Below are positions 28,371 through 43,039 of a DNA stretch of 64,000 nucleotides, piece after piece (the first letter of the stretch is position 1; every line of letters begins with the position of its first letter). The stretch comes from Balanoglossus misakiensis (taxonomy: Eukaryota > Animalia > Hemichordata). The notes under the pieces are model-generated. The model had not been told where the DNA came from. It searched no databases and worked only from the letters and a program-made list of their open reading frames with translations. A program made the position numbers and the translations under genes. The stretch spans positions 12,215,834-12,279,833 of the forward strand of contig CM082579.2 in the NCBI GenBank assembly GCA_040954595.2, given 5' to 3'.

Positions 28371-28758
28371 TTAATAATGGTGAGGATCAAAAATTCTTAT
28401 TTAACTAAAACTTATGTCTTGTTGGTTAGAAATAAACATCTTGTACATTTCATTCTATGTGCCTTTGTTTTTACTTCCTGACATTAAATTGTGTCATCTT
28501 GGTTTGTCTAGTGACAGGCAATATCACCAGATTATCCAGCACCATACTTAAAGAATCACAAGTACGTTATAAATATTACAATTTCAAGTTTCATTTATAA
28601 AAACAGACCTCAGCCCATTGACACAGGCAGGTTATTACAAAAGTTTGGTATCAGTTTAATAGTCTCCACAGATGTGATTGTTCAATCAATATAAGCTGCC
28701 ATCACAGGCGTTAACTTTTGCATCTGGTCTTGTGATGTCAAAAGCCTGTTATGAATCC

Positions 28759-29012
28759 TGGTACCAACTAGTGAGAATAAAGACTAAAAATAACATTTCC
28801 CCAAACTGGGTATCTTTTTTGACAATTTGCAAGACTTATTACTCTGTCTCACATCATTTTTAACATCTTAATTTTTTTTCAAAAATGGTACCAACTAGTG
28901 AGAATAAAGACTAAAAATAACATTTCCCCAAACTGGGTATCTTTTTTGACAATTTGCAAGACTTATTACTCTGTCTCACATCATTTTTAACATCTTAATT
29001 TTTTTTCAAAAA
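28759..29012. repeat. Near-perfect 127-bp tandem duplication
   Basis: TGGTACCAACTAGTGAGAATAAAGAC... starts at 28759 and 28886. Confidence 0.9.
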
Positions 29013-29339
29013 TAAATTAAATCAAAGGAATACCAAGCAAGAGACGTCAAAAACACAGAATAAAAGGAAGAAGGAGCACAAAGACCAGAACAAATCAAAC
29101 GCAAGAACCACATTAGAAGGCATTAAAGTGGCAGGATTGTTATCCATTTATCGTGACAATTTTCGATTTTTCCATTCCTTTTTGGGGGGAATAGCTGTTT
29201 TCTGCCATTACAACACTTTTAACTTTTTCATTGAAAACGAAAAAGAGACGGCTTCTCATTTAAAAACGAATAGCATATAAATGGTATTTTGCTATTATTC
29301 ATAAATGCTTTATTAGCGAGTTTCTGTTTTGAGGAAAGA

Positions 29340-29855
<516 letters not shown>

Positions 29856-30017
29856 GATTGATGGTGTAAATCACGCTATTTTATTGGTCGAGACACGACA
29901 CGTGACTGTGATATATTCGTCATATACCACAGTCATATATCACGCAAAACTCATAGTCAAAGAAAATGCCTTTTTAAAATGTTTTATGCAAAGTTTCAAT
30001 ATACTGGTATAATATAA

Positions 30018-30130
30018 TAGCAATAAAACACCCCCAGCCATGGTATACCACTCGATATCGCTCGCGCGTATATGTCGTGAACTGGTCAAAATCTCGTGGT
30101 ATACCATGGCTGGGAGTGCTTTATTGCTTA
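30018..30130. mobile_element. Small palindromic element
   Basis: agcaataaaacac..ccagccatggtatacca / tggtataccatggctggg.gtgctttattgct inverted arms. Confidence 0.6.
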
Positions 30131-30225
30131 AATATCTTTTGCCAGAGAAATTCCAAAATAAATTAACATCTAATTAGAGAATACACATAAGTGTATATTC
30201 ATGATTAACCATTCAGGGTACTTAC

Positions 30226-30469
30226 ATAGAACATTTGTCCGAGTGAGATATGTACATATCAACCTGGCAGCGGTCCTTCAGAAATGACCTAAGACACTCC
30301 CTATGGATATCTTCAGGGGTATTGTTCCATGAAAACACATGTCCCTTTGGTCCTTCAATATATGCTCTCCCAAACTGTGATGATATCTTGAAGCGTGCCC
30401 ATTGTGACAAAAGCTGTGACTTGTCAGTATAGTTATCATCATGTGCTATAACAACAATGACTCTGTCAT
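30226..30469 (-). CDS. Exon 2 of the uncharacterised minus-strand gene (second half of alpha/beta domain)
   Basis: Acceptor tttttttttAG|at (phase 1; A+AT=Asn), donor AT|GTAAGT (phase 2). Open frame DRVIVVIAHDDNYTDKSQLLSQWARFKISSQFGRAYIEGPKGHVFSWNNTPEDIHRECLRSFL...DKCS continues exon 1 in phase. Confidence 0.8.
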
Positions 30470-30498
30470 CTAAAAAAAAACGTTGGATGTTTATTTAA

Positions 30499-30841
30499 AG
30501 GGACAAAGTCTCTCTCTCTCGCCCTTCGATTAAGCATGTTTGATACAAGACGCTGTTTATGTTATTCTACATGTGGATATATAGTGAATCAACTGTAGGC
30601 CACACACAACTTCCACCCTGTTTGTAGGATATGAAAGTAAAAAACTCACCTAAATGAATAATCGATCTGTACCATTTATTCATTTGGGGCGAGTTTTTAC
30701 TCTCATATCATAAAACGGGATGGAAGTTGTGTGTGGTCGAACATTGATTCACTATATATCCACATGTAGAATAACATAACTGGTGTCTTGTATCAAACCT
30801 TATTAATGTAAAAAGGGCAGCGAGAGAGAGAATTTGCCCCT
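30499..30841. mobile_element. Palindromic MITE with TTAA TSD (non-autonomous Kolobok-like)
   Basis: TTAA|AGGGACAAAGTCTCTCTCTC ... GAGAGAGAGAATTTGCCCCT|TTAA. The whole 343 bp folds back around about 30668. Confidence 0.85.
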
Positions 30842-33800
30842 TTAATTGATTGATTGCCAGCACAGAAAGACTTTTAATATATTACTATGTGTGACTTACT
30901 GATCATGCGTGAAGCCCAAATTATAAACGATTTTTCATTAAGCAATCACCATGTGATGGGGATAAGCTTATTTAAAGAGAGTGTCACATAAACAATGCAG
31001 TTGTATCACCCCAATAAAATAATGAAACTAATTTGTAATACTAACCTAAATGGATTAACACTTTACCTTATATGTAAGAAAATATAACTTTATGTGTAAA
31101 ATAGCAATTGTCGCTGCAAAGTGATCTATTGATGGCATAAAACATGTTATGACGGTTGCCCAATCTTGTATTATGCTGAAACGTACAGTAACTTCAGTTA
31201 GGTTACTAATTGTTGCAGTTCTGGCTTCAGGTTTGAAATAAGCATTAAAGAGGAACGACACCCACAATTTTAGGCTTCAAAGTACAAACGGGATGTCAAA
31301 AACGGCAACGTTCCGATGCGTTAATTCACTTTCATTTCCCGCGCAAGCAGAAGACGCGAGTTTAAAATACTACAGTGACGTCAGCAACTTCCGTTGTGTA
31401 GCAGTCGACGCGCAGAGCTTTCACGCATCCGACGTATACACACACACAGCCAAATTGTGCGCTGCGCTGATCTGACATGGCGAAATGTCAAGTTCGCGAT
31501 TGTCAAAACAGAATAGGAAAATCGACAGGGACAAGTTTCTTCCGAATTCCAGACCCATCGAAGAGTCAAAGCAATGCTTTACTCGCAAAAACATGGCTTG
31601 AAAATATTGGTTTGGAGCAGCAAGTCTCGACTTTCAAGTTCACTCGAAACAAAGTTGTGTGTGACGTTCATTTTGAGCGTGCCTGTTTTGAGCGGAATCT
31701 GCAAGCAGAGCTTCTGAAATACGCACCAAAGCGAAAAATATTGAAGGCTGATGCTGTACCGACAATATTCATCGAGAGACTTACATACGAAGCTGAATCA
31801 AACATACAGGTAAGTGTTTGGAACTGATTGTAACCATGTCGACTTTATGATCATTGTAGTGTAAGAACTGTTACAGTAACGCACAACCACCAGGTCGTGC
31901 TAGCTAGAATTTGGGAAATAGAGACGATGGAACGTTTATGTTGGTTTGGTGTTTATATTTAGTTTGTACAGATAATTTTTTTTCTGGTTGCAGAGATTTT
32001 ATTCGACCAGTAAATTATCTTCATATGAATTCACGAAAATTCCGCATCGGACAATAAAAAAAAAACATTTATACGACTGCAATCTGTCACACAGCCCATT
32101 ACGTAGAAACAACTTTACGAAGTTATAATTGTCTGTACCAATGATTGTTGACGATGTTTCACAGGGAAATCTTTTCGTGCCAATTACTTGCTACTTCTGT
32201 ATTTGTCGATGCGTGCGGAAATAAGACCCTGCAATGTCCATGATGTCGACGTTTATGAACAAACCATTATACAAAGTTGTTCCAACTGCCGCTGCTAATA
32301 ATAAACGTACCGTTTTAAATCATTCCCGCACGCTTTGGGTATTTGGTTTAATTTCCATTTATTGACGATCGCCTTGTGATCAAATGAAAGAAACTAAAAG
32401 GGCAGTTTTGATATTCATTCAAGATACTAATCATGGATAGGATGGTATTGGCTTCCATTATACTACGGACGTACTACACCTGGCGAGAAGGGTGGTGCAT
32501 TTCCGTCCTTTTCAAATCCACAAAGGGTGACAAACTGTTTTTGTAAGAGTAGTATAGTGATTCGAAAAGGTGACAACAGGGACGAGGGAGGGTATTGTTT
32601 ACGGCATTGTCTCATCAAAGCAGATGTGTTTCACCCTCGCCACTTTCATAGTTTATTTCGAACAATAGTTCATGGACACCCGTCACTTTCATCGCGGTAA
32701 TTCTTTTTCACATATCATACCAGTATCGTATTATTGTTTTGATAAATTCTATTGCATTTGTCGCAGGAACAAATCACAAATATGAGTGACAGTGATGGAC
32801 TGCGTGTCGTGGATACCGTCGTTCCATGCCCAGTTGATGAAGAGAATGATCCTGTTCTGGCTGACAATACACAGGTACGTTTATTTCAATATGTGAACTG
32901 AGGATCGTAAAGAATGAGACATACATTGTATTGACTTATTTCTGCTTTTGTAAATGCACTTATTGGTATTTGCTCATTATCAATGGTTTCGCTTGGTTGA
33001 CAGTGTTATTTATTGGTATTTGTACATTTACAGGTGAAAGTTGATGGAAAGACCACACAGTGTGTTGGGACACAGACTGATCCTGTAATCATTGAGTCTG
33101 CACGTTGTGACACCCGTGAAAGTGAACCTCCTGCGAAGAAAAGACGGGATGATTCCCCCTGTTTCCAACGAACACCCGTTACACCACGTTTGAACATGAC
33201 ACCCCCACTGTACCAGTCCACACCGGGGCGAGAGAAAGATGATAGTCATCTAACTGAATTAGACAACACAGTACCCACTGATGGAGATGCCAGTTTGAAA
33301 CGAGACCCGAACTTTGAAATTGACTCTGAAACAGAAAGTGATGACTCTTACTCAGAAAATCATGTCAGTTTTGTTGAAGAACGTAAGTTTATTGTATTCG
33401 AAAGTGCACTGGACAGTTTGTGTAACCAATTGTTATGTCCAGATTGCAACTCACCCGTTGACGAAAAGAAAAAAAGTCTGGTGGGTTCTAGTCTGTCAGT
33501 AACTTTGTATTGTATAAATGGTCATGTAGTATACAATTGGAAATCTCAAATGGTAAAATGGCAGTTGGAAATTTATTGGCTGCAGGTTCAATATTGTTTA
33601 GTGGACAAACTTTCCAACATATCACTAATTGTACAAATCTGTTAAACTTGCAGTTTATTGGAAGATCAGCTTTTCAAGAGATCCAAAATGCTTATTTGAT
33701 TCCAGAAATAGAGAAAACCTGGAAGGGAGAGCAGGAGAGGGTTTTATTTTCGTTGAAAGGGAAATCAACGACTATGATTGGTGATGGCAGATGTGATTCA

Positions 33801-34478
33801 CCAGGTTATAATGCTAAGTACGGTTCATACACAATGATGGAGTCAGAGTCACAAAAAGTTGTTGATTTTTCAGTTGTTCAAGTCAGTGAAGTTTCATCAT
33901 CAGTCGCCATGGAAAAAGAGGGTTTCCAAAGAGTAATGGATAATTTGGAGAGTAGGGGGGCCAAACCCGATAGTATAGCCACTGATCGCCATGTCGGCAT
34001 TCGATGCCTAATGAAAAACAAATATCCTGATGTATCGCACCAATTTGATGTTTGGCACCTTGAAAAATCGATCAAAAAGAAACTCATTGAAAGGGGCAAG
34101 AACAAAAGGTGTTCTGATCTTCTTCCTTGGGTGAAATCAGTTGGTAACCACCTGTGGTATTGTTCTCAGGAATGTGGAGGTGATAAAGAGCTTCTTGTTG
34201 AAATGTGGATGTCAATCCTTCATCATGTCACAAACAAGCACTCATGGCGGGGCTATAAACACTTCCATAAGTGTGGCCATGACAAATTACCACGTCGCAA
34301 GCAGTCAGTCAAAAATTGGTTGAAGCCAAAGTCTGCTGCATACTTAGCCCTGAAAGAGGTTGTGCTTGATAAGCGTTTGTTGAAAGATATTCGCCAGCTG
34401 AATGAATTTTGTCATACAGGTTCACTTGAAGTTTATCATTCCATGATGACCAAGTATGTCCCCAAAAGGCCTGAATTT

Positions 34479-36623
34479 CTATTCAAAATTATGTGAATGA
34501 CTTAAACTGTAATGATGTAAGCAGTTCGGATGTCGACTGTTCAGCCTTAAACCAGACTATTTCCATGGCCGAAATTAAAAGTAGTATAGCAAAATTAAAA
34601 AATAATAAAGCTCCTGGGTATGATGGCATACAAGCAGAATTTTGGAAACATGCACCTGAAGGGATTTTTGATATGCTGTTCACACTTTTCAATGAAGTTT
34701 TTGATAAAGGGATTTTCCCCCAACAGTGGGCAATGGGATTGATTAGCCCTATACATAAGAAGGGAAACAGAGACACCCCAGAAAATTACCGTAGCATTAT
34801 GCTTCTTAACGTTGTAAGTAAAATTTATACATTTATTTTAACAGACAGACTTGTACATTGGTTTGATGAGTTCAATGAAATTGTGGAACCTCAGAGTGGA
34901 TTCAGAAAGAAAAGAAACACTTTGGATAACATTTTTATTTTACGTACACTTATTGAAAAGTATGTCTTCCACTTAAAGAGTCGCCTATATTGTGCCTTTA
35001 TAGACTATGAAAAAGCATTCGATAGGGTTCATCATTATTCACTTTTCTATAAACTAGCCATGACAGGCATGAGGGGTAAACTTTTGTCTTCTTTATACGC
35101 TATGTACTCGCATGTTAAAGCATCAGTTAAAACTCTGCATGGGGTGACTAATTTTTTTGATATTAATATAGGAGTCCAACAAGGTTCTGTTATTTCCCCC
35201 CTTTTGTTTTGCTTCTACATTAATGATATTGAAGACGCTCTTACACAAGGTAGAGAAACTGTTGTCTATGCCAACACAGTAAAATTGTTGTATTTACTCT
35301 ATGCTGATGATCTTGCTTTATTTAGCAGCACTCCCATTGGTCTACAGCGTTTGCTGAACAGACTGGCAGACTATTGTAAAAAGTGGAGACTCACTGTTAA
35401 TCTTAACAAAACAAAAATTATTGTTTTCCGTAAGGCTGGAAGTTTGAAAAAATGTGAAAAATGGTTTTTGAAGGGGAAAAAGATAGAAGTTGTTTCTAAA
35501 TATAACTATCTGGGTGTAATATTTTCAAGTTCTGGAATTTGGTTTCAAGCTCAAAAATATATTTCAGAACAAGCCAGGAAAGCTCTTCACTTAGTACAAA
35601 GTAGCCTCTGTAAAGTTGACGGAATACAACCAGACATTGCTTTCAGAGTTTTTGATTGTAAAATATTGCCAGTCCTTCTTTATGGCAGTGCAATTTGGGG
35701 GACCAATGATTGTGTAGATGTGGAAAAGATTCATCATAGATTTTGTAAGTTTCTTTTGGGTGTACGTATAAATACAACAAACTCAGCGGTGCGGGGAGAA
35801 CTTGGAAGGTATCCCATTCGCATACAAATTTATATACAAATATTACGTTTTTGGTTCAAATGTGTTAATCCAACCTCACCAAAAATAGTTACAGACTGTT
35901 ATAAATACCAATATAATAGGGCTGAAAAGGGTTATAAATGCTGGGGGCTGTTTGTGAAAAATTTACTCTGTAATTATGGTTTTGCTGAGATATGGGCTTT
36001 CCAAGACTCAGTAAATGGAGATTTCTTTTTACCTCGGTTCAAACAAAGATGTCAAGACATTTCAATACAGGAATGGCAAACTGAAATAAGATGTAGTTCA
36101 AAACTGAGAACTTACTGTATGTTTAAAAATAAGTTTTCATGTGAGAAATATTTAGAATGTATTTCAGACACAGTCCATAGATATGCGTTGTCTCGTTTTA
36201 GATTATCATCACACAATTTAAATATTGAACAGGGAAGAAAACATGGGGTTCCACGCGAACAAAGACTTTGTCCATTTCAATCTTGTGATTCTGTAGAAGA
36301 CGAGTTCCATTTTTTATTGGTATGCCCAGTATATCAGTGTATTAGAGAGAGATTTATCCCAAAATTCTTCTATGACACACCCCATGAGTGGAAATTTACT
36401 TTATAACTTCAGTCAAACAAGCCATTCACACTACAAAATCTTGCCAGATATATCTTTTATGCTTTTAAACAGCGACATAAACTCCTTGATGATGATCAAG
36501 AGTAAAACTGTACGAGGAACGAACCCTCAAGCGACTGTAAATTTTGATATTCTTTTTTTGTTATGTACAATATGGCTGGTGGCCAATAGTACTGAATAAA
36601 TGCATTATTATTTACCTCGGTGA
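34479..36623 (+). mobile_element. 5'-truncated non-LTR retrotransposon (RTEX-like) nested in the transposase
   Basis: TSD CTGAATTT at 34471-34478 and 36624-36631. 3' end tggctggtggcca hairpin, AATAAA, then short (ATT)n. Confidence 0.88.
34493..36505 (+). CDS. LINE ORF2 fragment: reverse transcriptase plus C-terminal CCHC zinc finger, with a premature stop at 36404-36406
   Basis: KAPGYDGI, NYRSIML, QSGFR, FIDYEKAFD, GVQQGSVISPLLF, YADD, YLG; then RFRLSSHNLNIEQGR..RLC..C..EDEFHFLLVCP. The frame continues past the TAA to NLARYIFYAFK..QE* at 36505, matching the 45251 copy. The endonuclease domain is missing. Confidence 0.92.
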
Positions 36624-37090
36624 CTGAATTTGACTACAAACAAATGGTAGCAAGAATGCAGTTAGCAGCGCTTGACCATAACAATAATGTAGGGCGCAAG
36701 CAGGCCGTCATCAAGAAAAGCCGGCGAAACACAGGTAGCAAGGGGGAGTTGCGCTTAAGAACTGTGTTTCACAAAGGCAGTGGTAAATGGATTGCACGTC
36801 CAATCCTCGAGAAAAAAAGTTATGGATATCTTTCCGATATGTTAGAAAGAGTTCTGTCCAGAAAAATGAATGGGGAAAAGTCATCTGTTGAGGCTGATAA
36901 GCGAAAACTTCCCCGAAATGTGGCCAAGGTTCCTCAGCCAAAGAAACAAGATTTAGTGAAAAACCACATCACACGATTTGGTTGAAATTATTTGTGGTAT
37001 TTTAATCGATGTAAAATTGAAAATGTCAGATGAGGCCTTAGTGTCTTTACCAATGGAAATACATCGTCATTGTAAATAAAAGTGTAAATA

Positions 37091-38006
37091 TTATTCAAAA
37101 CTCGTGGCTTCTTCTACTTCTTTGTAACCGGTGTACTTGCTACCGTCTTCTGGAAACCGTTTCCGTATCATGGAGACAACACAAGCAGGCAGTACACGTC
37201 TGTTATTCTTGCCCAGTCTTTCGCCTCGATGCGCCCATAAAATAAACTGTCTGTATTCCATCAAACGGGATTGCCTGAAAATGAGTAAGAGACGTTCATG
37301 AACTTAAAAAAAACACTAACGCGTAAATTGTACGGATAACATTGAGCTTCGACGCTTAAAATGTACAAATAGGGCCATTCTTTTTGACAGACTTGCCCGA
37401 CAAAAGAGTTCACAAAACTGCCGACCCGCCCCTATGGCTTCGCAAACTGACACACACACAACAACATCAGATGTTTCGTAAAATAAACGTGACAGGATAT
37501 TTAGTATCAGAAAAAAGTTAAATCGATAGCACACAAAGTTATTCGAACTAATTATGTCCATTTGAAGTCATCAACAAAGCTTACCTGTTGGTTAGAGTGT
37601 CGGGTGAGCGGCCAACACGCCGCTTATAAAGGTGGAATTGCACATAAGCAGTGGCAAGGATGGCAGGTTCCAAGCAAACCAAATCTAAATCAGGATGTTC
37701 TGTGACACACTTTCTCGTTTCCAATTGTTCTGAAATAACATCGATCTCGTGACAACAGCGACATTCCCTTGCAGTTGGCATGATCGGACAACGACTGCAA
37801 CCACACCAAGTAAGCGTTGACAAACGGGACACGTCGGAGATCGGAAGTGGAAAATCACAGTGGGGTGAATCAGTATCGTCGGAACTGCATGAACTATCAC
37901 TTTCTGCACTGGAGTCAGTTTCGTTATCTGAAAATTCAGTCGCTTGATCATGGAAGGGGATCTCTGGCTCAAAGTTGTAACCTACTACCCGAGAATATGT
38001 TGCCAT
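37091..38006 (-). CDS. KolX protein (P2X7 cytoplasmic-ballast-like Cys-rich domain), 201 aa, exons 38006-37585 and 37274-37091
   Basis: MATYSRVVGYNFEP..WCGCSRCPIMPTARECRCCHE..CVTEHPDLDLVCL..TNR|QSRLMEYRQFILWAHRGERLGKNNRRVLPACVVSMIRKRFPEDGSKYTGY. Phase-2 intron AG|GTAAGC...tttcAG|G; no stops. Confidence 0.9.
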
Positions 38007-40187
38007 GTTAGCGTCGTCGGTCGTTTGAGTGCAGGCGTGCATGAGCTTGTTTTGAACTTGCTTATACGCCTCAGCAGCGCTATCGCGCTAGCAGACGACG
38101 CCACCACGAGTTGCTGACGTCATCACTTCCGGGTTCGCGTAGTTTTTGGATGGCTGTAGCTCTGTTATGCGTAAGTGAAAGTGAATGAAACCAACGTTTT
38201 TCACAGTACTTTTTAATATGATTTCGCAGAATTAGCTATAAAACGGAAAACAACGTTCCACTTTAAAGATACAGAACGAAACATTGAAACTGGACACTTT
38301 GAAGACAAGACATTGGGACAAGAAAGAAAAAGAAAAATTTTACTGGAAGCTGAACTGTCGTACAATGATTCTGAAATGGCTTTCTGGGGGTATTCATGGC
38401 AGGCTAGTCTGAAAACCCGGACCGAGACGAGACTAGATGAGACAAAAAGATTCCCCATCTTACTGATAGAAAAGTTACTCTTTTTTTTCCGCATGGGAAA
38501 CATCAGTATCAATGCCACGAAAAAAAAAAACTTTTTTACAATAAATAAAGTTCTTGTTAATTATTACTACATTTTCAGCTTAGTGACTTTGATTCCATGG
38601 TCAAATGTACAATTAGGTATTCGGACAACCGGTGAATATCAGGTTGTCTTCGACATAGTATGTTGCCTCATACGATTGCAACTGATACCACCTGCACATG
38701 CTGAGTGGAAGGACCATCAACATTTCACTAACGGGTGGGTCGGGTATGAAGACAGAACGTGAATGAATTCAATTTTGCACATCACAATTGAAACCTAATC
38801 TGCCAAAAACATTCCAAAATGTTCATTTCACTGACATCTATCTTGATACCCATGTCTCAACATGGATATTTCTTACAGTTTGAGCATGGTCAACGTACCC
38901 CAAAAATGGTTTGTTCTCTCACAAATAGCGAACACATCTTTTCACCAGGACTGACCCACAACAGTATTTAAATAATAGCACATGATAGCGAGGGCAATAT
39001 CGCGATTTGACGCCTGCACGAGGGATGGTACCATCAATATTATGGTCAGAGGGCACCAGCCCGACAGCAGGCTTCAAATCGTGATGTTGCCCGAGCATCA
39101 TGTGTTATTAATTTTATTACGCCGAACATTTTAACGTGCATACACTGAAGCATAGAAGAACTTAGGGTTGCGTCCATGTCGTACGTTGCTGAGAATGTAA
39201 AATGTCTCGATCTCCAAAGAACTATACCTACTTCGAACTCAGATAATTTTGAGGATACTGTGCTGTTGGTTGCGATTTTGGTGTATATCTTGCCTGTTTG
39301 CAGTAAAATATCGTCCAGTTTAATAGGTATGAAGCCCGTGTGTCGTTTTGAAGGCCATTGATGCGGGAGTTGACTGATCGTGGAGGAAGCCATTGGACGA
39401 CAGTTTGTTACGCGCAGAAGTCGGGCGCAGAACCCCAAGACAATCCAATATCAACAGGGCTTTATCAACTCTTGCCATGTTATATCACTTTTTTTCTCTA
39501 TGTAACGTGAGCGCGTCTCAGCTAATCACGGATACGACATAATACGTGAGGTGTAATAATTTGTTCTATTACGCGAAACATCCAAGTGAATTGGAGTGGA
39601 CCTTGTTTTATCCTGGTAAACCACTCTCAAAAGACTTACGATGTGGTTTCAGAAATAAAATGGTGTCACTCAACGTATATTACGGGACTGGGAGCTTTGC
39701 GTGAGAAGTTGATCAACAGCGATTAGTTTTGGGTCTCTACCTTTGAAACCGGTGAAATCTCCCGTGAACACACCCGTAACAAGCTCATCGAAATTAACGA
39801 GAATTGAATTTGAAAAATGGATAGACCTTCTACACTATACCCACAAAGAAATAGTGGCTCAACTCATGCAATACGGCGCAATTAACTCAGTCTGCGTACG
39901 GTGAAGTGTGTGGGGGCTATTCGTAACTACATGTATTAAGCTGGCGGTCCTTGGACATGTACATGTAATCGGTGTACCTAAGTACGTACACACAGACCTG
40001 TACGCAGGGCTAGGTGTACCTAGGATTTGTAGTCAACATCGTTTTCCCATGGTTCGACCGAAGAAAATTTCAACTCTTGGGTTTTATCTTTCGTTCGCGT
40101 GTTGTGCTTCAGTAGAAAAGACATGAAGATTTAACTTATATATACTATAAAATAATGGAAAGGGGAATCACACACATTTTGCCGTGC

Positions 40188-42348
<2,161 letters not shown>

Positions 42349-43039
42349 AATTTGATATAGATATGATGGGAAGTTGAGGAAAGGAAGATTTCATGCTTAT
42401 CCCATGCTACTTTCTACTAATGTCATATTCATAAAATTTCATAAAATGAAACTTAACTGCATGCTCATTATTACAAAATTAAAAAAAGGGTGTCACCACG
42501 TATTTTTAAAGATATATCTCGATTTCTAACTCAGGGTTACTAAATATTGCATTTCCAAAAGCATTTTAAACGCCTGTGTTGAAAAAAATAAGTAGCCTAG
42601 GGGGTAATGTTCGTGAGGGGTCAAAGGTCCATGGGTCATCTTCATTATGAGATAGAAGTTAAATGTCTACACAAATGCATACTCATGTAATAACCCTATA
42701 ATCTTATTTTTACAAGGTACCCCAGTATGGTGAGTATTGGCTGACCTGAAACCTAATTCTGTCATGCTAGGGAGTAAATTGCGCGGACGCGTATTTGCAA
42801 GGGAATTCTTCGCACTCAACCTTAAACTAAAGCTTTCGTATAAAATAACTAAATTATGCAAAGTTCTACTAATTTTTCCGTGGGCAATTTGCGAAATTTG
42901 CAGTTTAAAAGTTGACGAATTATGATATATATGTTAATGAGGCCAAAGGTCACCCACGTCTGCCCACTTCATTTATATAAAGCAAGGTGATGGCTGAAAT
43001 TTTTACATCCAATCCGATTGGCAGGCACACAACAACAAA

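Larger units (their letters stand above)
31477..36985 (+). pseudogene. Kolobok THAP-DDE transposase, disrupted (exons 31477-31809, 32767-32874, 33034-34478 + 36632-36985)
   Basis: THAP C2CH motif (CQVRDC..FFRIP..W..CDVHF..AVPTIF); phase-0 GT-AG introns. Catalytic core GDGRCDSPG / ATDRH / HQFDVWH / HTGSLEVYHS, and ARMQLAALDHN. Frameshift near 33549 (WKSQ/NGKMAVGN) and a LINE insertion at 34479-36631. Confidence 0.9.
31249..38262. mobile_element. Full-length Kolobok DNA transposon
   Basis: TTAA at 31245-31248 and 38263-38266. Short TIR AGAGGAACG / CGTTCCACT. Encodes a THAP-DDE transposase (+) and a convergent KolX gene (-), the established Kolobok layout. Confidence 0.92.

Noticed and set aside
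33510-36406. Transposase-RT fusion or novel two-ORF element
   Set aside because: The abutting ORFs are explained by a TSD-flanked, 5'-truncated LINE inserted into the transposase.
37091-38042. A host P2X7 receptor gene
   Set aside because: Only the ballast-like domain is present, with no transmembrane or ectodomain exons, and it lies within Kolobok termini.
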